A stretch of DNA of 64,000 nt from IMG/VR virus record IMGVR_UViG_3300032134_000001, one strand, 5' to 3'. Position numbers and translations under genes: made by a program. The notes beneath the pieces are model-generated. The model saw nothing but the letters and a program-made list of their open reading frames with translations, made no database searches and was not told where the DNA came from. Positions 62,841 to 64,000 of this stretch are shown in pieces. The first letter of the stretch is position 1. Each line of letters starts with the position of its first letter. The DNA comes from an uncultured virus (IMG/VR IMGVR_UViG_3300032134_000001). Its lineage: Duplodnaviria; Heunggongvirae; Uroviricota; Caudoviricetes.

Positions 62841-63577
62841 GATGCAGACTCCTGGAGCTTGCGCTTCCATCGGGTCGAATAGTCGTGGAGACCCACGAGG
62901 TCAGGGAAGGCGGCATGTGCCACCTGGGCGATGTTGGCTGAGATGCGGTCGACACGGTCGAGGTCGTCCAGGCCCAGCAGGTGGGCGATGCCCCCCTGCA
63001 GTGAGCCGAACTCGCTGAGCCAGCGAAGGATCGGCAGCGGCCACTGGCCTGAGCCGATGTCCTTGAGCAGGGTGAGCCGATCGGGCTGCTCGACCACAGG
63101 CGTGTCATCCTCCCCCACTTCGCACTCGAAGCCGACGAGCCAGGCGTTCAGGAAGGTGGTGAAGACCTTTCCTGCCTCGGGGTCGAGCCGGACCTGAGCG
63201 AGGTCCACACTTGCGAGGGGCTCTTCGTGCCCGGAGCCGGTCGGGTAGTGCGTGGGAGCTGGGTTGGAGGAGCCGTCCGTCTGGTCGTAGACCGGGTCGG
63301 TGTGGAGCGGCTCCATCGTCGGAGCTGAGAGCACCTCTCCGCTTGCCCGAACTTCAGAGGGGGCAGCCTGGGCCGCCCACTGCTTGACGCGCTGAGCTTC
63401 GTGGGCCTCAGACCCCGGAGCGGGCTGAGATGGAACCTGCTGCTCCGAGACATGCCTCGGCACGATGGAGGGAGGCGGAGCCGCCCCCACCCCCGGCGAG
63501 ATGGCCGGAGAGAGACCCCGAAGCATCTGCATCAGGACTGCGGGGTCGCCCTCGAAGGAGAACTTGATGTCGTTCAC
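62837..63577 (-). CDS. hypothetical protein
   Basis: GTGA/ATGA coupling in operon. Confidence 0.6.
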   Translation of the reverse strand: MNDIKFSFEGDPAVLMQMLRGLSPAISPGVGAAPPPSIVPRHVSEQQVPSQPAPGSEAHEAQRVKQWAAQAAPSEVRASGEVLSAPTMEPLHTDPVYDQTDGSSNPAPTHYPTGSGHEEPLASVDLAQVRLDPEAGKVFTTFLNAWLVGFECEVGEDDTPVVEQPDRLTLLKDIGSGQWPLPILRWLSEFGSLQGGIAHLLGLDDLDRVDRISANIAQVAHAAFPDLVGLHDYSTRWKRKLQESAS

Positions 63578-63867
63578 TCTGCCTCCTGCGCCAGGGCCTT
63601 GAGCCGGGCGTAGTCTTCTTCGGTGTAGGGCACGTCGTCGGGGATGAGTCCGCTGTCTCGCATCGCTTCAACCACGGCTGCCTGGAGGTCCGGGTTGTCG
63701 CTGGCCTCGGCCAGGGCAGCGTCCACCGTGACAGCCTTGATGTAGTAGTAGATGCCGACCTCTTCCGTGATGGCCTGGGTGATCAGCCCCAGCCACTCGT
63801 CCTGGGCAGCTCCTGCCAGCTTCCCGCCCAGAGCCCGGATGGCCTTGCGCGCCTTCTTCTGGTCCAT
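63574..63867 (-). CDS. hypothetical protein
   Basis: Coupled to neighbours; upstream gene runs off the window. Confidence 0.55.
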   Translation of the reverse strand: MDQKKARKAIRALGGKLAGAAQDEWLGLITQAITEEVGIYYYIKAVTVDAALAEASDNPDLQAAVVEAMRDSGLIPDDVPYTEEDYARLKALAQEAE

Positions 63868-64000
63868 CAGGCTGAGCCCGGCCTCCTTGGCCCGTGCCAG
63901 GGTGTTGATCGGCTCTGTGGGGGCTGCCCGAGGAGCAGCAGTCTCGGTGCCTTCGGTGTCGGTACCGGAGTTGTCGTCAGAGTCGTCTTCGTCTTCGTAC

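Noticed and set aside
1..64000. CRISPR array, rRNA, IS transposase, reverse transcriptase/DGR
   Set aside because: No regularly spaced repeat-spacer array, rRNA-like stretch, DDE or YxDD RT motifs recognised by eye.

Overview
A 64-kb stretch of a high-GC, gene-dense bacterial virus genome; no cellular housekeeping genes are visible. Left part (about 1.8-11.4 kb): replication/recombination genes, i.e. HNH nuclease, Sak4-like AAA ATPase plus SSB-like protein, a family-4 UDG::family-A DNA polymerase fusion carrying a 327-aa LAGLIDADG intein, an HTH protein and a Rad50/SbcC-like ATPase. These are followed by a PG-binding+CHAP endolysin. The middle holds small accessory genes: thermonuclease, an atypical tRNA-Arg(GCG)-like RNA, SLOG protein, zincin, tyrosine recombinase, SNF2-like helicase, HNH, and a second stand-alone PolA/TV-Pol-like domain. 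The right part (35-62 kb) is a long minus-strand block that looks like a virion module. It shows no recognisable terminase, portal or tail genes. Instead it has small beta-rich candidate jelly-roll capsid proteins, many tail-anchored membrane proteins, Arg/Lys-rich core-like proteins and a transglutaminase-like Cys protease, suggesting (inference) a large tailless, membrane-containing virus. Four patterns read directly from the sequence stand out. (1) An Arg-rich R-x-N-P tag at the ends of, or between domains in, about 18 unrelated proteins. (2) Acidic propeptides ending in D-Y-G that switch abruptly to basic segments. (3) A shared N-terminal F-x-P-S-x-Y/H-S peptide on seven nearly consecutive membrane proteins, repeated in the protease tail. 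(4) A promoter-like element with GTAGCAC exactly 49 nt upstream of a TANNNT-like box at ten sites. Together they suggest a possibly undescribed capsid-targeting/maturation and late-transcription system. All assignments are by-eye motif recognition; no database searches were run.
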